Assembly: GCA_963782705.1 (NCBI GenBank)
Contig: CAWAKX010000015.1
Span: 10,342-74,341 of the forward strand
DNA: 64,000 nt
DNA from: an uncultured Actinomycetes bacterium
GTDB taxonomy: Bacteria; Actinomycetota; Acidimicrobiia; IMCC26256; DASPTH01
Reading direction: 5' to 3'
The position numbers and the translations under genes were made by a program. The stretch's first letter is position 1. The number at the start of each line of letters is the position of its first letter. A model generated the notes under the pieces. It ran no database searches. It was not told the origin of the DNA and worked only from the letters and a program-made list of their open reading frames with translations. Below, piece after piece: positions 1 to 10,795 of the stretch.

Positions 1-241
1 CGTTGGCGACCACGAGCGTCGCCTTGGGGCCGAAGCGGTCGATGGGCACGCCGAGGGCCGGACCGAGGAGCGCGCCGGGCACCGACAACGCGACGAACAG
101 CAGCGCCAGCTCGCTCGCGCCCACGTCGAACTTGAACGCGGCGAAGCCCCAGATGGCGATGGCCGAGATCCACGACCCGGTGGTGTTGACCGCCTGCCCG
201 GCCAGGAGCAGCGCGAACCCGGGAACCCGCAACACGCGCAC
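1..241 (-). CDS. MFS transporter, N-terminal part (runs off window edge)
   Basis: Manual translation: MRVLRVPGFALLLAGQAVNTTGSWISAIAIWGF...LGPALGVPIDRFGPK, TM1-2 plus MFS motif A-like DRFG. Confidence 0.75.
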   Translation of the reverse strand, partial: MRVLRVPGFALLLAGQAVNTTGSWISAIAIWGFAAFKFDVGASELALLFVALSVPGALLGPALGVPIDRFGPKATLVVAN

Positions 242-323
242 GAGACACGGTATCCACCGGCGTCGCGCGGCGCCGGGTGGCATTACGAACCGCGGTCGGT
301 CGGTGACGACGACCGACGCGCGC

Positions 324-809
324 TCAGTCGCCGACCCGGAAGTACCCCGCCATGAGCTCCCGCGACCATGCCGGTTGGCGCACCGGCGTGCGGGGCCCGA
401 ACTCCTCCAGGTACGGCTTCACGTCGAGCACCGGAGTGCCGTCGACCGCGTCGAGCCCCCGCACGTGGAGCACCGTGCCCTCGATCCGCAGCAGCTCGCA
501 GGTGGAGAGGCCGAGCCGGTTCACGCGGTCCTTGGCCCGCTGGGCGAGGATCCCCACCTCCGGCCATTCGGGATTGCCGCGCGGCCGCCGCGCGTGCACG
601 TGCGCGGCGTCGGGATCGACCCGGTCGAGGACGTAGATCACCTCCAGGTGGCTGAACGCATCCAGCCCCTGCACCGACCGTTCGTCGAACGGCGGAAGCA
701 GATGGATCGACGAGGTCACCGCGTCCCAGTCGTCGTCGACCACCTCGCTGCGGTCGGCCACCACCGTGGCGATCGCGCGCACCGTCCAGCTCTGGTCCGA
801 TCGCTCCAT
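324..809 (-). CDS. TrmO/TsaA-like (UPF0066) SAM-binding tRNA methyltransferase family protein
   Basis: Motifs GLDAFSHLEVIY, PRGNPEWPEVGILAQRAKDRVNRLGLS, VRGLDAVDGTPVLDVKPY. Confidence 0.85.
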   Translation of the reverse strand: MERSDQSWTVRAIATVVADRSEVVDDDWDAVTSSIHLLPPFDERSVQGLDAFSHLEVIYVLDRVDPDAAHVHARRPRGNPEWPEVGILAQRAKDRVNRLGLSTCELLRIEGTVLHVRGLDAVDGTPVLDVKPYLEEFGPRTPVRQPAWSRELMAGYFRVGD

Positions 810-849
810 GGTTCCCATCGTCGCGCTCCCGAGGTGCTCGCCGTCCGGG

Positions 850-2012
850 TCAGGCCGCGGACGGCGGGCGTCGTCGCTTCCGCTCCCGTTGTCGGGCTTC
901 GTCGGGCCTGGTGCGCCGGAGTACGAGTCCGTCGGGTTGGTTCGGGTTGCCGTCGAGGACGTACTCCCCATGGGGGATCAACAGCGCGTGGTGCGCGGGA
1001 CAGACCGCGGCGAGGTTCGCGATGTCGTCGGTCGCCGCCCCAGCTCGACGGGAGGAGGTGGTGGACCTGGAGTCCGAGTCGTCGTCGGCATCCCGGCCAG
1101 CGGCAGTGTCCGTCTCGTCGGATGACTGACGCTGCGGCGTTTGTCGGACACGAACTTGCGGACCGGACCGTCGGCGACGGGCATCGCCGTGCTCGTCGAC
1201 CGCGCGCAGCTGCACGTTCACCTCGGCACGCCAGCGCGTCGACCCATTCGTCGGGCAGCGGCCATCCCAGCACAGGGTGGCGGGTCCGGTCGAGGGGCAC
1301 GTCGACCACGACCGTCGGCCGCGCGGCCATCGTCGGGCCCTGCGCGCGGTCCTGGACAGCGCTCCCATCGGCTGCGGTCTCGCGCCGACACAAGCTGATG
1401 AGCGTGTCGGCGTGGCGGTGTTCGAGCGACGCCCAGCGTTCACCCTTCGCGGGGCGCATGCGTTCGGCGACCTGGTCGAAGAACGCCTCCACCTCCGCAC
1501 CACCGTGCTCGAGCGGCAGTTCGAACCGGCCGTGGAGGAAGCCGTGGTCGTCACGCCATTTCCGCAACGACCGTCGCTCCCGGCGTCGCACGATCTCCTC
1601 ACGCGCCATCGCGCCGCTGCTCACGCGCCATGCGCTGCAGCGCCATCGGCGACGCCGTCACGCGCCCGCTCGGCGACCTCCGCGTCGGTGTCCTCGTCGG
1701 CCAGCTCCGCCGCGGGCGCCAACTGCTCCGGCCGACAACTCGGCCGTCGAGCGCCGCGTCCGCCAGACGCGGCAGCGACTCCAACTTCCGCGCCGTCTCC
1801 ACCTTCCGCCGCGCCGTCGCATCGCGACACGCCGTCGACGCGCGGCCTGATCCGGCCGCAACGCCCGGCGCTCGTCGAGCACCCGCGTCATCGCCAGACG
1901 TCACGCGCCTCGCGGCGGCGGATCTCCCGGATCTCCGCGTCACGCGCCGCGGCGGAGACGCTCCGTCTCCCAGCAGCCGCAACTCGTCCAACAGATCCCG
2001 GAACTCGCTCAC
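850..2012 (-). CDS. DUF222 (13E12-repeat family) protein with C-terminal HNH endonuclease; several frameshifts
   Basis: Pieces in several frames: TARKLESLPRLADAALDG, RSLRKWRDDHGFLHGRFELP, RRDGHCRWPGC..QVHHLLPSSWGG / TDDIANLAAVCPAHH. Confidence 0.8.
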
Positions 2013-2018
2013 CCCACG

Positions 2019-2040
2019 ATCAAATCAGGGGGGTGTGACA
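2019..2040 (-). promoter_or_regulatory. Putative RecA-NDp/PafBC-type DNA-damage promoter, leaderless
   Basis: - strand TGTCAC-N10-TTTGAT ending 7 nt before the GTG start; resembles TGTCRG-N10-TAnnnT. Confidence 0.45.
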
Positions 2041-2096
2041 CTTATCGACCGATCTGGGCCTCCACGGCCGAGGAAATCTTGGGCTTGCACTCCGAC

Positions 2097-2120
2097 TGCA
2101 TCGCGATATATCGTGATGCA
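2097..2120. promoter_or_regulatory. 24-bp palindromic operator, probably PadR autoregulation
   Basis: TGCATCGCGATATATCGTGATGCA, one mismatched pair, ~95 bp upstream of the PadR gene. Confidence 0.6.
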
Positions 2121-2216
2121 ACGAAGACATGACGAGCGGGTCAGGCCGTCACCCATCCCGGCTCCCCCCGGGGATGGGACCGGCGACCCGCCACCACGAC
2201 AAGGAGACCCATCCCG

Positions 2217-2870
2217 ATGCACCCCCACGACCACTTCCACGACCACCCGCACGACCACGACCACGAGTACGACCAGCCCGAGGCCTCCCTCACCGATCCC
2301 GCCGGCACCGGCCGTCGCGGGCGCCGCGGTCCGCGCCGTTGGCAGGGCCCGCCCGAGGGGCCCTGGGGCCCCGGCTTCGGACGCCGCTTCCGCGGCGGTT
2401 CCCGGGGCCGGGCCCGCAAGGGCGACGTGCGCGCCGCGGCGCTCGCGCTGCTCGCCGAGCGGCCGATGCACGGCTACGAGATGATCCAGCAGATCGAGGA
2501 GCGCACGTCGGGCGCGTGGCGCCCGAGCCCCGGCGCGGTCTACCCCGCGCTCGCGCTGCTCGAGGACCAGGGCCTGGTGCGCGCCACCGAGGACGGCGGC
2601 AAGAAGCGCTTCGCCCTCACCGACGAAGGCGCGGAAGCGGCCGCCGAGCTCGGCGACCGCAAGCCGTGGGACGAGGTCACCGAAGGCCTCGACCCCGCGC
2701 AGTTCCGCATGCGTGACGCGATCAAGCCGATCGCGCTCGCCGCGCACCAGGTGATGGAGGCGGGCACCCCGGCGCAGCAGGAAGCGGCGATCGCGGTGCT
2801 CACCGAGGCCCGCCGGAAGCTCTACGCCATCCTCGCCGAGGACCCGGCCGGCGATCCGTCCGACGCCTGA
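2217..2870 (+). CDS. PadR family transcriptional regulator with His-rich N-terminus
   Basis: RARKGDVRAAALALLAERPMHGYEMIQQIEERTSGAWRPSPGAVYPAL. Confidence 0.92.
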   Translation: MHPHDHFHDHPHDHDHEYDQPEASLTDPAGTGRRGRRGPRRWQGPPEGPWGPGFGRRFRGGSRGRARKGDVRAAALALLAERPMHGYEMIQQIEERTSGAWRPSPGAVYPALALLEDQGLVRATEDGGKKRFALTDEGAEAAAELGDRKPWDEVTEGLDPAQFRMRDAIKPIALAAHQVMEAGTPAQQEAAIAVLTEARRKLYAILAEDPAGDPSDA

Positions 2871-2909
2871 CCGCACCCGCCGCGCCACCGCGCCCCCGTC
2901 GACCCCGCG

Positions 2910-3569
2910 TCAGAACAGACGCAGGTCGACGGGGGCGCCGGCGCGCAGCTCCTCGAGGTCGATCTCCACGCAGGCGATGCCGCGACTCTCGGCGAACACC
3001 CGCGCCTGCGGCTTGATCCGCGTGGCCACGAACATGCCGCGCGTCGGCCGCAGCGCGGGATCGAGGTCGAGACGCTCCTGGTAGCGCAGCAGCTGCTCCA
3101 CGCCGGCGATCTCACCGACACGCTTCACCTCCACCACCACCGCGCGGTCGTCGACGTCGCGGCACAGCAGGTCGACGGGCCCGATGTCGGTGGGGTACTC
3201 CCGGCGCACCAGGCGCAGCTCCTCGCCGAGCGCGGCCACCCGCTTGGCGAGGAGCTCCTGGAGCTCGGCCTCCACGCCGTCCTTGGCCAGGCCCGGGTCG
3301 TCGCCGAGCTCGAACGCGTAGTCGTGCAGCACCTCGTGCAGCTCGATGGTGAGCGTCTCGCCGCCGGGATTGGTGGCGACGAGCCGGCCCTCCTCCTCGC
3401 GCACCGTGCACGGCGGGCTCATCCAGTTGAGGGGCTTGTAGGCCTTGGTGTCGGCATGCACCGCGATCGACCCGTCGGCCTTCAGCAGCACGAGACGGTT
3501 GGCCTCGGGCAGCCGGGCGCCGAGGCGACCCTGGTACTCCACGGAACATCGGGCGACGAGCACGCGCAC
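2910..3569 (-). CDS. nucS: Mismatch-specific endonuclease NucS/EndoMS
   Basis: RVLVARCSVEYQGRL, KADGSIAVHAD..YKPLNWMSPPC, REYPTDIGPVDLL, VEVKR, GVEQLLRY. Confidence 0.95.
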   Translation of the reverse strand: MRVLVARCSVEYQGRLGARLPEANRLVLLKADGSIAVHADTKAYKPLNWMSPPCTVREEEGRLVATNPGGETLTIELHEVLHDYAFELGDDPGLAKDGVEAELQELLAKRVAALGEELRLVRREYPTDIGPVDLLCRDVDDRAVVVEVKRVGEIAGVEQLLRYQERLDLDPALRPTRGMFVATRIKPQARVFAESRGIACVEIDLEELRAGAPVDLRLF

Positions 3570-3653
3570 CGACGCGTTGTAGCACAGGTGCACGCGCGGG
3601 CGAGCGGGTCGGCGTACCATGCCGCGGTTCCGCAGCGACAGGGAGACGTCACC

Positions 3654-4200
3654 ATGCCGATCTTGGCCACCTACCGCAACGGGGTCTACGACTTCTTTCT
3701 CCTGGTGCACATCATGTGCGCCATCATCGGGTTCGGCGCCGTGTACCTCAACGCGCTCTACGGCCAGGAGATCCGCAAGCGCCCGGGGCCCGAGGGACTC
3801 GCGGTGTTCGAGGCCAACTTCCGGATCTCCAAGATCGCGGAGTACTTCATCTACGCGGTCTTCGTCTTCGGCTTCGTCGTCCTCGCGCTGGCGAAGGTCG
3901 GCGACACCAATGTGTACAAGTTCTCGCAGACCTGGGTGTGGCTGTCCGTCGTCCTCTACGTCGTCGGCATCGGCATCTCCCACGGCGTGCTCATCCCGTC
4001 GGTGAAGAAGATGGGCAACCTGATGCGCGAGATGATCGCGGCGGGTCCGCCCACCGGTGGGCCGCCGCCGCAGGTCACGCAGCTCCAGGCGCTGGGCAAG
4101 AAGGTGGGGGCGGCCGGCGCCACCCTCAACGTGCTCCTCGTCGTCATCGTGGGGCTGATGATCTGGAAGCCGGGAGCCCCTGGCTTCTCGGCCCCTTTCG
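3654..4200 (+). CDS. DUF2269-like 4-TM membrane protein (3' end uncertain)
   Basis: LLVHIMCAIIGFGAV...WVWLSVVLY...VGLMIWKPG; ORF reads on to 4433, probably through a frameshift. Confidence 0.65.
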
Positions 4201-4224
4201 GTCGTCGGCGCAGACGTCTCTACG

Positions 4225-4524
4225 ATGACCGCCGTGCACCCCGTGCTCGGCAGCTTCGTCGACGACGTCCTCCGCGAGCTCATCGCCGCGCTCGGCGCCG
4301 CGCTGTTCTTCGCCAACCTCTGGGCGCTGATCAAGCGGGGCCGCGACGAGGACCGGATCGCGGCGCGCACCGTCGAGCGATCGCGCCCCGGAAGTCCGGT
4401 ACGCAGCGTCGCGAACCCGTCGCCCCGACGTGAGCTCGCGCAGGCGCCGCTGATCCGCACCGTGCTCTACATGGTGATCGGGTTCGTGGTGATGGTCGCG
4501 GGTCTCGCCGCCCGCTTCGGCTGA
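4225..4524 (+). CDS. Small 2-TM hypothetical membrane protein
   Basis: Two hydrophobic segments, GC3-rich codons. Confidence 0.6.
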   Translation: MTAVHPVLGSFVDDVLRELIAALGAALFFANLWALIKRGRDEDRIAARTVERSRPGSPVRSVANPSPRRELAQAPLIRTVLYMVIGFVVMVAGLAARFG

Positions 4525-4548
4525 GCGAACTCGAGTGGACGGCCCCCG

Positions 4549-4856
4549 GTGAACGGCCTCTACGACGAGCCGGACCCCGCGTCACCCGGACCACTCGCAG
4601 GGCTGCGCGTCGTCGACCTCACCCGAGCCGCGCGGGCCCCACCTGCGTGCGTCAGCTCGCCGACCTCGACGCCGACATCGCAGTGCTGCGCCCGCCGCTC
4701 ACGTTCAGCGACACACCCACGTCGGTGCGTTCCGGGTCTCCGGCCGACGGCGCCCGCACGCGTGAGGTGCTCGCGGAGCTCGGCTACGACAGAGGCGAGA
4801 TCGACGCGCTCGCAGCTGCGGGTGTGGTCCGGATGGAAGAGGAGCCGCGGCGATGA
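4549..4856 (+). pseudogene. CaiB/BaiF (family III) CoA-transferase with large internal deletion
   Basis: N-terminal PLAGLRVVDLTR...VRQLADLDADI joined directly to C-terminal PLTFSDTP...TREVLAELGYDRGEIDALAAAGVV. Confidence 0.7.
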
Positions 4857-5663
4857 CCATGCGAACCGTCGACACCGGCACGGAGCAGATGCTCGCCCAC
4901 GTGGAGGCCGGCATCGGCTGGATGACCTACAACAACCCCGCGCGTCACAACGCGATGTCGTACGACATGCAGCGCGCGGTGCCGCGCATCCTCGAGGCGT
5001 TCACCATCGATCCCGAGGTGCACGTGGTGGTGGTGCGCGGCGCCGGCGACCAGGCGTTCGTGTCGGGCGCCGACATCTCGGAGTTCGAGACCCGCCGCAC
5101 CGCGGTGGACGCGCGCGCGGAGTACGACGCCGCGCTGCACGCGTCGTGGGGTGCGTGGCGGTCGATGCTGAAGCCGGTGATCGCGATGATCCGCGGGTAC
5201 TGCATCGGCGGCGGGCTGCTCACCGCGATGAAGGCCGACATCCGCATCGCCGCCGACGACAGCCAGTTCGCGATTCCGGCGGCGCGTCTCGGCCTCGGCT
5301 ACGGGATCGACGGGGTGCGCGAGCTGCAGGCCCTCGTGGGCCCCGCGCACACGGCGGAGATGCTCTTCTCGGCGCGACGCGTCGGCGCGCACGAGGCGCA
5401 GGCGATCGGCCTCGTGAACCGCGTCGTGCGCGGCGGCCGAGCTCGAGTCGGAGGTGCGCTCGCTCGCGGCCACCATCGCCGCGAACGCGCCGCTCACGGT
5501 GAAGGCCTGCAAGGCCGCGATCCGCGAGCTGGGCAAGGACCCGGCGCAGCGCGACCTCACGCACGTGGAGGCGCTGATCGAGGCGTGCTTCCAGTCGGAG
5601 GACTACCGCGAAGGCCAGCGCGCCTTCGCCGAGAAGCGCCCGCCGCACTTCACCGGCAAGTAG
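4853..5663 (+). CDS. Enoyl-CoA hydratase/crotonase (frameshift ~5435)
   Basis: NNPARHNAMS, AFVSGADISEF, KPVIAMIRGYCIGGG, SEDYREGQRAFAEKRPPHFTGK. Confidence 0.9.
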
Positions 5664-5679
5664 GCGCCGGCGTCGGAGG

Positions 5680-5882
5680 TGCGAGGGGTCGCCGAGGGCG
5701 GAGACGGGCGGCTGGCCGGCGCGCACCACGCCGGTGAAGCCGTAGAACAACAGGAACGTGCCGCACGCGATGGCGACGAAGTTCCACACCGACGACCCGC
5801 GCTGCGCGGCGTCGATGATGTTGATCACGAGGATGAGGATCCCCGTGAGGGACGTCACGATCGCCCGGGTCTGGTTCGACAT
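5680..5882 (-). CDS. Small 2-TM hypothetical protein (3' end uncertain)
   Basis: MSNQTRAIVTSLTGILILVINII...WNFVAIACGTFLLFYGF. Confidence 0.45.
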
Positions 5883-6195
5883 GCGCTCGACGCTAGCCAC
5901 CGGGGCGGGTCCCGCCGTGCACTCGGCTCGGGTGAGGCTTCGGGGCCTGGGCTACGATCTCGCTCCCGCGCGGGTGGGGGACGGCGCGAAAGTCCGGCAG
6001 TGGTGCAGGGCAACGCTCGCAGCCTGCCGTGTTGATCCCGTCGGAACGCGGTGGACCGGATTCCGGAACGCGTTCGTGCTCCGCCGGGTCCCTCGAGGCT
6101 GCGGCGTGTCACAGCGACCCAGTGGGCATTCGGTGCTACCTGGGCGATGTACCTGCCGGGCCGAGAGCGTGGGGTCAGTCACTCCCGCACGGTCA

Positions 6196-7235
6196 TCATC
6201 GGCGTCCGTGGGCGGTCCGCGCCGGGCAGATCGCCACCGCGTACGGAACTTTGCCGACGGTGATGGGAGGCGACACCGCACCCGTCGCGGTGGTGATCAC
6301 CGACACCGTGTCACCGTCGCCGTTCGCCCCAGAGCTGGTCACGTAGGCGAGTTTCCCGTCAGGGGTGAAGGCCACCGCGTCTGGACCCTTGCCGACGGTG
6401 ATGGGGGCCGCCACCGCACCCGTCGCGGTGGTGATCACCGACACCGTGTCATCCGCGCCGTTCGGCCCCTCGTTGGTCACGTAGGCGTGTTTGCCGTCAG
6501 GGGTGATCGCCACCGCGACCGGACCCTTGCCGACGGTGATGGGGGCCGACACCGCACCCGTCGCCGTCGTGATCACCGACACCGTGCCGTCCCCGACGTT
6601 CGTCACGTAAGCGTGCTTGCCGTCAGGGGTGATCGCCACGCCGCCTGGATACTTGCCGACGGTGATGGGAGGCCGACACTCGCACCCGTCGCCGTCGTGA
6701 TCACCGACACCGTGCCGTCCACCGTCGTTGACCACGTAGGCGTGCTTCCCGTCGGGGGTGATCGCCACCTCGGCCGGCTTCTGCGCCGACGGTGATGGGA
6801 GGTGACACCGCGCCGGTCGCGGTGGTGATCACCGACACCGTGCCGTCACCGGAGTTGGTCACGTAGGCGTGCTTGCCGTCGGGGGTGATCTTCACACTGG
6901 CCGGACCCTTGCCGACGGTGATGGGGGCCGACACCGCGCCGGTTGCGGTGGTGATCACCGACACCGTGCCACCGAAGACGTTGGTCACGTAGGCGTGCTT
7001 GCCGTCGGGGGTGATCGCCACCCAACCCGCACCCGGACCGTTGCCGACGGTGATGGGAGGTGACACCGCTGCCTGTGGCGGTGGTGATCACCGACACCGT
7101 GCCGTCCACGTAGTTGGTCACGTAGGCGCGGCCCGCACACCCTCCGGTCGCAGCCGCGCCGGGCGTTGCCGATGTCGCGACCAGCATCGCCGACCCGACA
7201 ACGCGACCACGACCATGGCAACGAGCTTCCGACAT
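6196..7235 (-). CDS. Secreted YVTN-family 7-bladed beta-propeller (frameshifted)
   Basis: Seven ~42-aa repeats AITPDGKHAYVTN..DGTVSVITTATGAVSAPITVGKGP; signal-peptide-like N-terminus. Confidence 0.88.
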
Positions 7236-7644
7236 CCAGCAACACCGCTCATCTGGCCGCTCCCGTGTGTTCGAACGGAAGAGGCGGAGGGCTCAAACTC
7301 GAGCAGGGTCCACGCCCAGGCGCGAACTCGCCGTCGCCCCCGAACAAGCGATCAAATTCGAACGTACACCCGATGTCCACCTGCACTGACAGGAATCCTC
7401 GGCGGATGCCAGCGGTCATCCACCGGTGTGAACGGCCAGACCGTCAGCGTTCACGCCTCGCTGGCAGGAGCGTGCGCCAGGACTGCTCCGATCGGGCGGC
7501 TTGGAGCAGCTGAGTTCGGAGACGAGAAGCGCAGCCCCGGCACGGGTTCCAGGCGTAAGCTTCGGAAGGCGGGCTCGCCACCGCTACGATCGCCCCAGGG
7601 ATGACGCCCTGTCGGGTTTCGCGCCAGGTTTCGCGCCGTCCCCC

Positions 7645-7718
7645 GTGGGTGTAGTTCAGCGGCAGAACATCAGCTTCCCAAGCTGAGAACGCGGGTTCGA
7701 TTCCCGTCACCCGCTCCA
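7645..7718 (+). tRNA. tRNA-Gly (anticodon CCC) with encoded CCA
   Basis: Cloverleaf: acceptor GTGGGTG/CACCCGC, D-arm GTTC/GAAC, anticodon arm TCAGC-TTCCCAA-GCTGA, T-loop TTCGATT, TCCA end. Confidence 0.97.
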
Positions 7719-7727
7719 TTTTTCGCG

Positions 7728-8175
7728 TGTCTGTCAGGGTTTCTGGTTGGTGTGCGTCCTGGGTCGGCCGGTCGGCTGTAGGGCTTGGTCGGATCGATGG
7801 TGAGGGCTCGGAGGAGCTCGCCGGTGGTGGCGTCGATGACGTGACGTCGAGGTCCTCGATGAGCAGGATGACGGGGGTTCGGGCGTGGGTTCGTCCGACA
7901 CGATTTTGATCATCTTGCCGTCGTGGCGGAGGGTGACCTTGCCGGCTTTGTCGATTTGTCGTGCGAACGTGAGTGGTGGTCGGTGCTGCGATCCTCGGGA
8001 GCGGCTTTGGGTCGGGCTTGGTAGGCGACTGCTGGAGTCGAGTTCCCCGCAAGCGTGGAGTGGCCCGCTGTTCGTTGTAGTGGCAGCGGAAGTCGTCGAG
8101 GAGCCTTTGGAGCTCGGTGATGTTGTGGGTGCTGCACGGGCGTTGAGCCAGCGTTTCAGGGTCTGGTGGAACTGA
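7728..8175 (-). mobile_element. IS481-family transposase C-terminal remnant
   Basis: FHQTLKRWL, TPAVAYQARPKAAP, IDKAGKVTLRHDGK, GRTHARTPVILLIEDLDV across frames; 5' part absent. Confidence 0.75.
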
Positions 8176-8188
8176 TTTGAGTGTGGTG

Positions 8189-9390
8189 TTAGTTTTTTGC
8201 TACGAGGATGAGCGGCACGGCGACGATCATGGGACTGCGAGGAAGATGAAGGCCGCGTCTGGTGACGCTGCGGTCCACAAGATGCCCGCAATGGTGGACG
8301 CCGCGAGGTTCCTGCCGGCTTGGATACCAGCGAGGAGTCCGAAGGCGGAGCCGCGTAGGTCGGTCGGCGCGAGGGCGGCGACGGCGGCGTGTTCGGCCGT
8401 TTCGGCGCAAGCGATGCCGACGCCAGCGAGCACGAAGGCGGGAGCGAGCACGATGACCTCGCTCGGACCGACGGCGAACCAGGCGTAGGCGCATGCGAAG
8501 CGAGCGGCCCCGGCGGCCATGACTCGGGTCGCGCCGCGGCGATCGGCGTGATGTCCGGCGGGGACGCTGACGAGGGTGGCGGCGAGGTTGTAGGCGACGT
8601 ACAGCACGAGGGCGAGTTGGGTGGCGCGATCAACGGTGCGGCCGGGTTCGAACAGTTCGGTTGCTCGGAGGATGAGCAGGGTGGCGGCGCAGTTGCCGAT
8701 TTCGAACGCGATGATGCCGAGCATGAGCTTGCCGAGTTGCCCTTGCATGACCGGTCGGATCCGCAGGCGGATGGGTTGGCGATGGCGCTCATGGGGCGTC
8801 GGCGGTGTGGCGAATGGCGTAGATGATCGCGAGCGGCGGCGAGCAGGCCGGGGATGACCGACAGGCCGATCGCGCCAGCGGGTGCCGACGACGCCGACGA
8901 GGACGATGGCGACCAGCGGACCAATGATGGCGCCGAGGTTGTCCATCGCACGCTCGAACCCGTACGCACTGCCGTACGCCTCGGCGGGCACCATGTCGGC
9001 GAGCAAGGCGTTGCGGGCGGGCACGCGCAGGCCACGAGCGGTCCACGCTCCGGCGCGCAGGATGGCAACCTGAGCGGTGGTGGTGGACACGCCGATGCCC
9101 GCGACAAGACGGCTGTCGTGGCGTAGCCGCCGACGGCGACCGAGCGGCGCCGATGCGGGTCATCGGCCAGCGCGCCGCCGCCCAATCGGGCGACACCAGC
9201 CAGCGCGTCGGAGACGCCTTCGATCACACCCAGCGCGGAAGCAGGAGCGGCGAACGTCGAGGTCAGCAACGACGGCAGCAGCGCCGTCGGTATCTCGTGG
9301 CCGACATCGGCGAGAAGGCTCGCCCCACCGATTCCAGCGACACCCGGACTGAACCAGGTGCGATAGGTTTCACTATCTCGGGGTTTCAGA
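8189..9390 (-). CDS. MFS transporter (frameshifted; start uncertain)
   Basis: SLLADVGHEIPTALLP, GVIEGVSDALAG, RGLRVPARNALLAD, AYGFERAMDNLGAIIGP. Confidence 0.8.
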
Positions 9391-9463
9391 CACAGCCGCT
9401 GACTATACGGAGTTGTGAAGGATTTCGATCGGGTCGAACGCCAGTACGAGGCGATCGGATGGG

Positions 9464-10384
9464 TCACACGTTGAGGTAGAGGATCATGCCGATGCCGACG
9501 ACGAGGCTGTAGATCGCGAACGGCGTGAGGGTCCTCGTCGCGAAGAAGCGGGTGAGGAATCGCACCGAGAGGTACGCCGCGATGCCGGCGCAGATGCTGC
9601 CGACGAGCACCTGGCCGCGGATGCCGTCGCCGTTGTGGCCGGCGAGGTCGGGGAGCTTGTAGACGCCCGCGGCGAGAATCACCGGTGTCGCGAGCATGAA
9701 CGACGAGCCGCGCGGCGTCTTCGTGGTCGAGCCCGCGGAGAAGGCCGGCGACCATCGTGACCCCCGAGCGGCTGATGCCCGGCGAACAGGGCGAGGATCT
9801 GCGACGAGCCGACGAAGACGCCCTCGCGTAGCTCGAGGGTGTCGAGGTCGCGTCCGACGTCGTGGCCAGGGTCGGTGTGGTGGTCGTGCTCCATCACCAA
9901 CTTGCGGACCTCGCCGCGACGGCGGAGTCGTTCCCCGGCCAGGAGGATCACTCCATTGAGGGTGAGGAAGATTGCTGCCGCGGTGGGTTTCGCGAACACG
10001 GTGCGCAGGTTGTGTTCGAACACGAGGCCGACGATGCCGACGGGGATGGTGCCGAGGATCAGCAGCCAGGCCATGCGTTGCGGTGCGGTTTCGATGCGTC
10101 GGGTCCGCAGCGTGGTGAAGAACCCGCGCACGACGTCGACCCAGTCATGCCAGAAGAAGATGATCAGCGCGATCGCCGTGGCGCAGTGCGAGACCGACGA
10201 GGAACGCGAGGTAGAAGGACTCGTCGGCTGACTGCCCGGCGACGAGCGAATGCCAGCCGAGCAATTCCGGGACCAGCACCGAGTGCCCGAGACTCGAGAT
10301 CGGGAACAGCTCCGTGATTCCCTGCAGGATCCCGATGACGATCGCCTGCAGGTAGGACAACGATGCTGTCGCGATGGTCTTCAT
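9464..10384 (-). CDS. uppP: Undecaprenyl-diphosphate phosphatase (BacA/UppP), frameshifted
   Basis: QAIVIGILQGITELFPISSLGH; PGISRSG motif recoverable across frameshift at ~9780; AARSSFMLATP. Confidence 0.88.
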
Positions 10385-10417
10385 CGCTGCGGCACCGTAC
10401 TGGAGCATGGCTGAATC

Positions 10418-10795
10418 GGTAATATTGTAGAGTAGTGTGGAGTTTGTGGTGTGGGTGTGAGTTAGTGTAGGGTGTGGTGTGTGTTGTGTGGGAGTAAGTG
10501 TTGATGGTGTGTGAAGTGGTGTGTTGTTGGAGTTTGGTGTTTTGTTGGTGAAGAGGTGGATTGATGAATAAGAAGAGATGTGAGTAAGAGTGAGTTGATG
10601 GTGATTTTGTGGTTGAGTTATAGTATGTGTTGTGTAGTAACTAGGTGAATATGGGTAAGAATGAAAGTTAGTAGAGATTGGATAGAGGATTAAGTGGTTA
10701 GTTGGGGGATGTTAGATAGATAAAGAAGTTTGTTGTGGTGCTGATGTGAAGAGAGAAGAATAGGGTGAGGGTATGAGGATTGGTAAATAAGTGAA
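10418..10795. other. C-depleted tract (2 C in 378 nt on + strand)
   Basis: Direct count: only C at 10641 and 10741. Confidence 0.95.

Noticed and set aside
3-1850. Long Arg/Pro/Ala-rich ORFs here and elsewhere (e.g. 24522-26936, 28742-31093, 54901-57381)
   Set aside because: Shadow frames of real genes in high-GC DNA with no domain motifs.
5950-6190. RNase P RNA or other ncRNA (GAAAGTCCGG after a TACGAT -10-like hexamer)
   Set aside because: Other conserved RNase P elements were not found and the space is too short; a covariance-model search would be needed.
6230-7130. Regularly spaced DNA repeats as a CRISPR array
   Set aside because: Period is ~126-138 bp, the units translate as YVTN blades, and there are no unique spacers or cas genes.
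7260-7375. LexA SOS boxes
   Set aside because: Only half-sites of TCGAAC-N4-GTTCGA, with two or more mismatches in the other half.
10418-10795. Telomere-like or simple GT microsatellite
   Set aside because: No periodic unit; complexity matches converted ordinary sequence.
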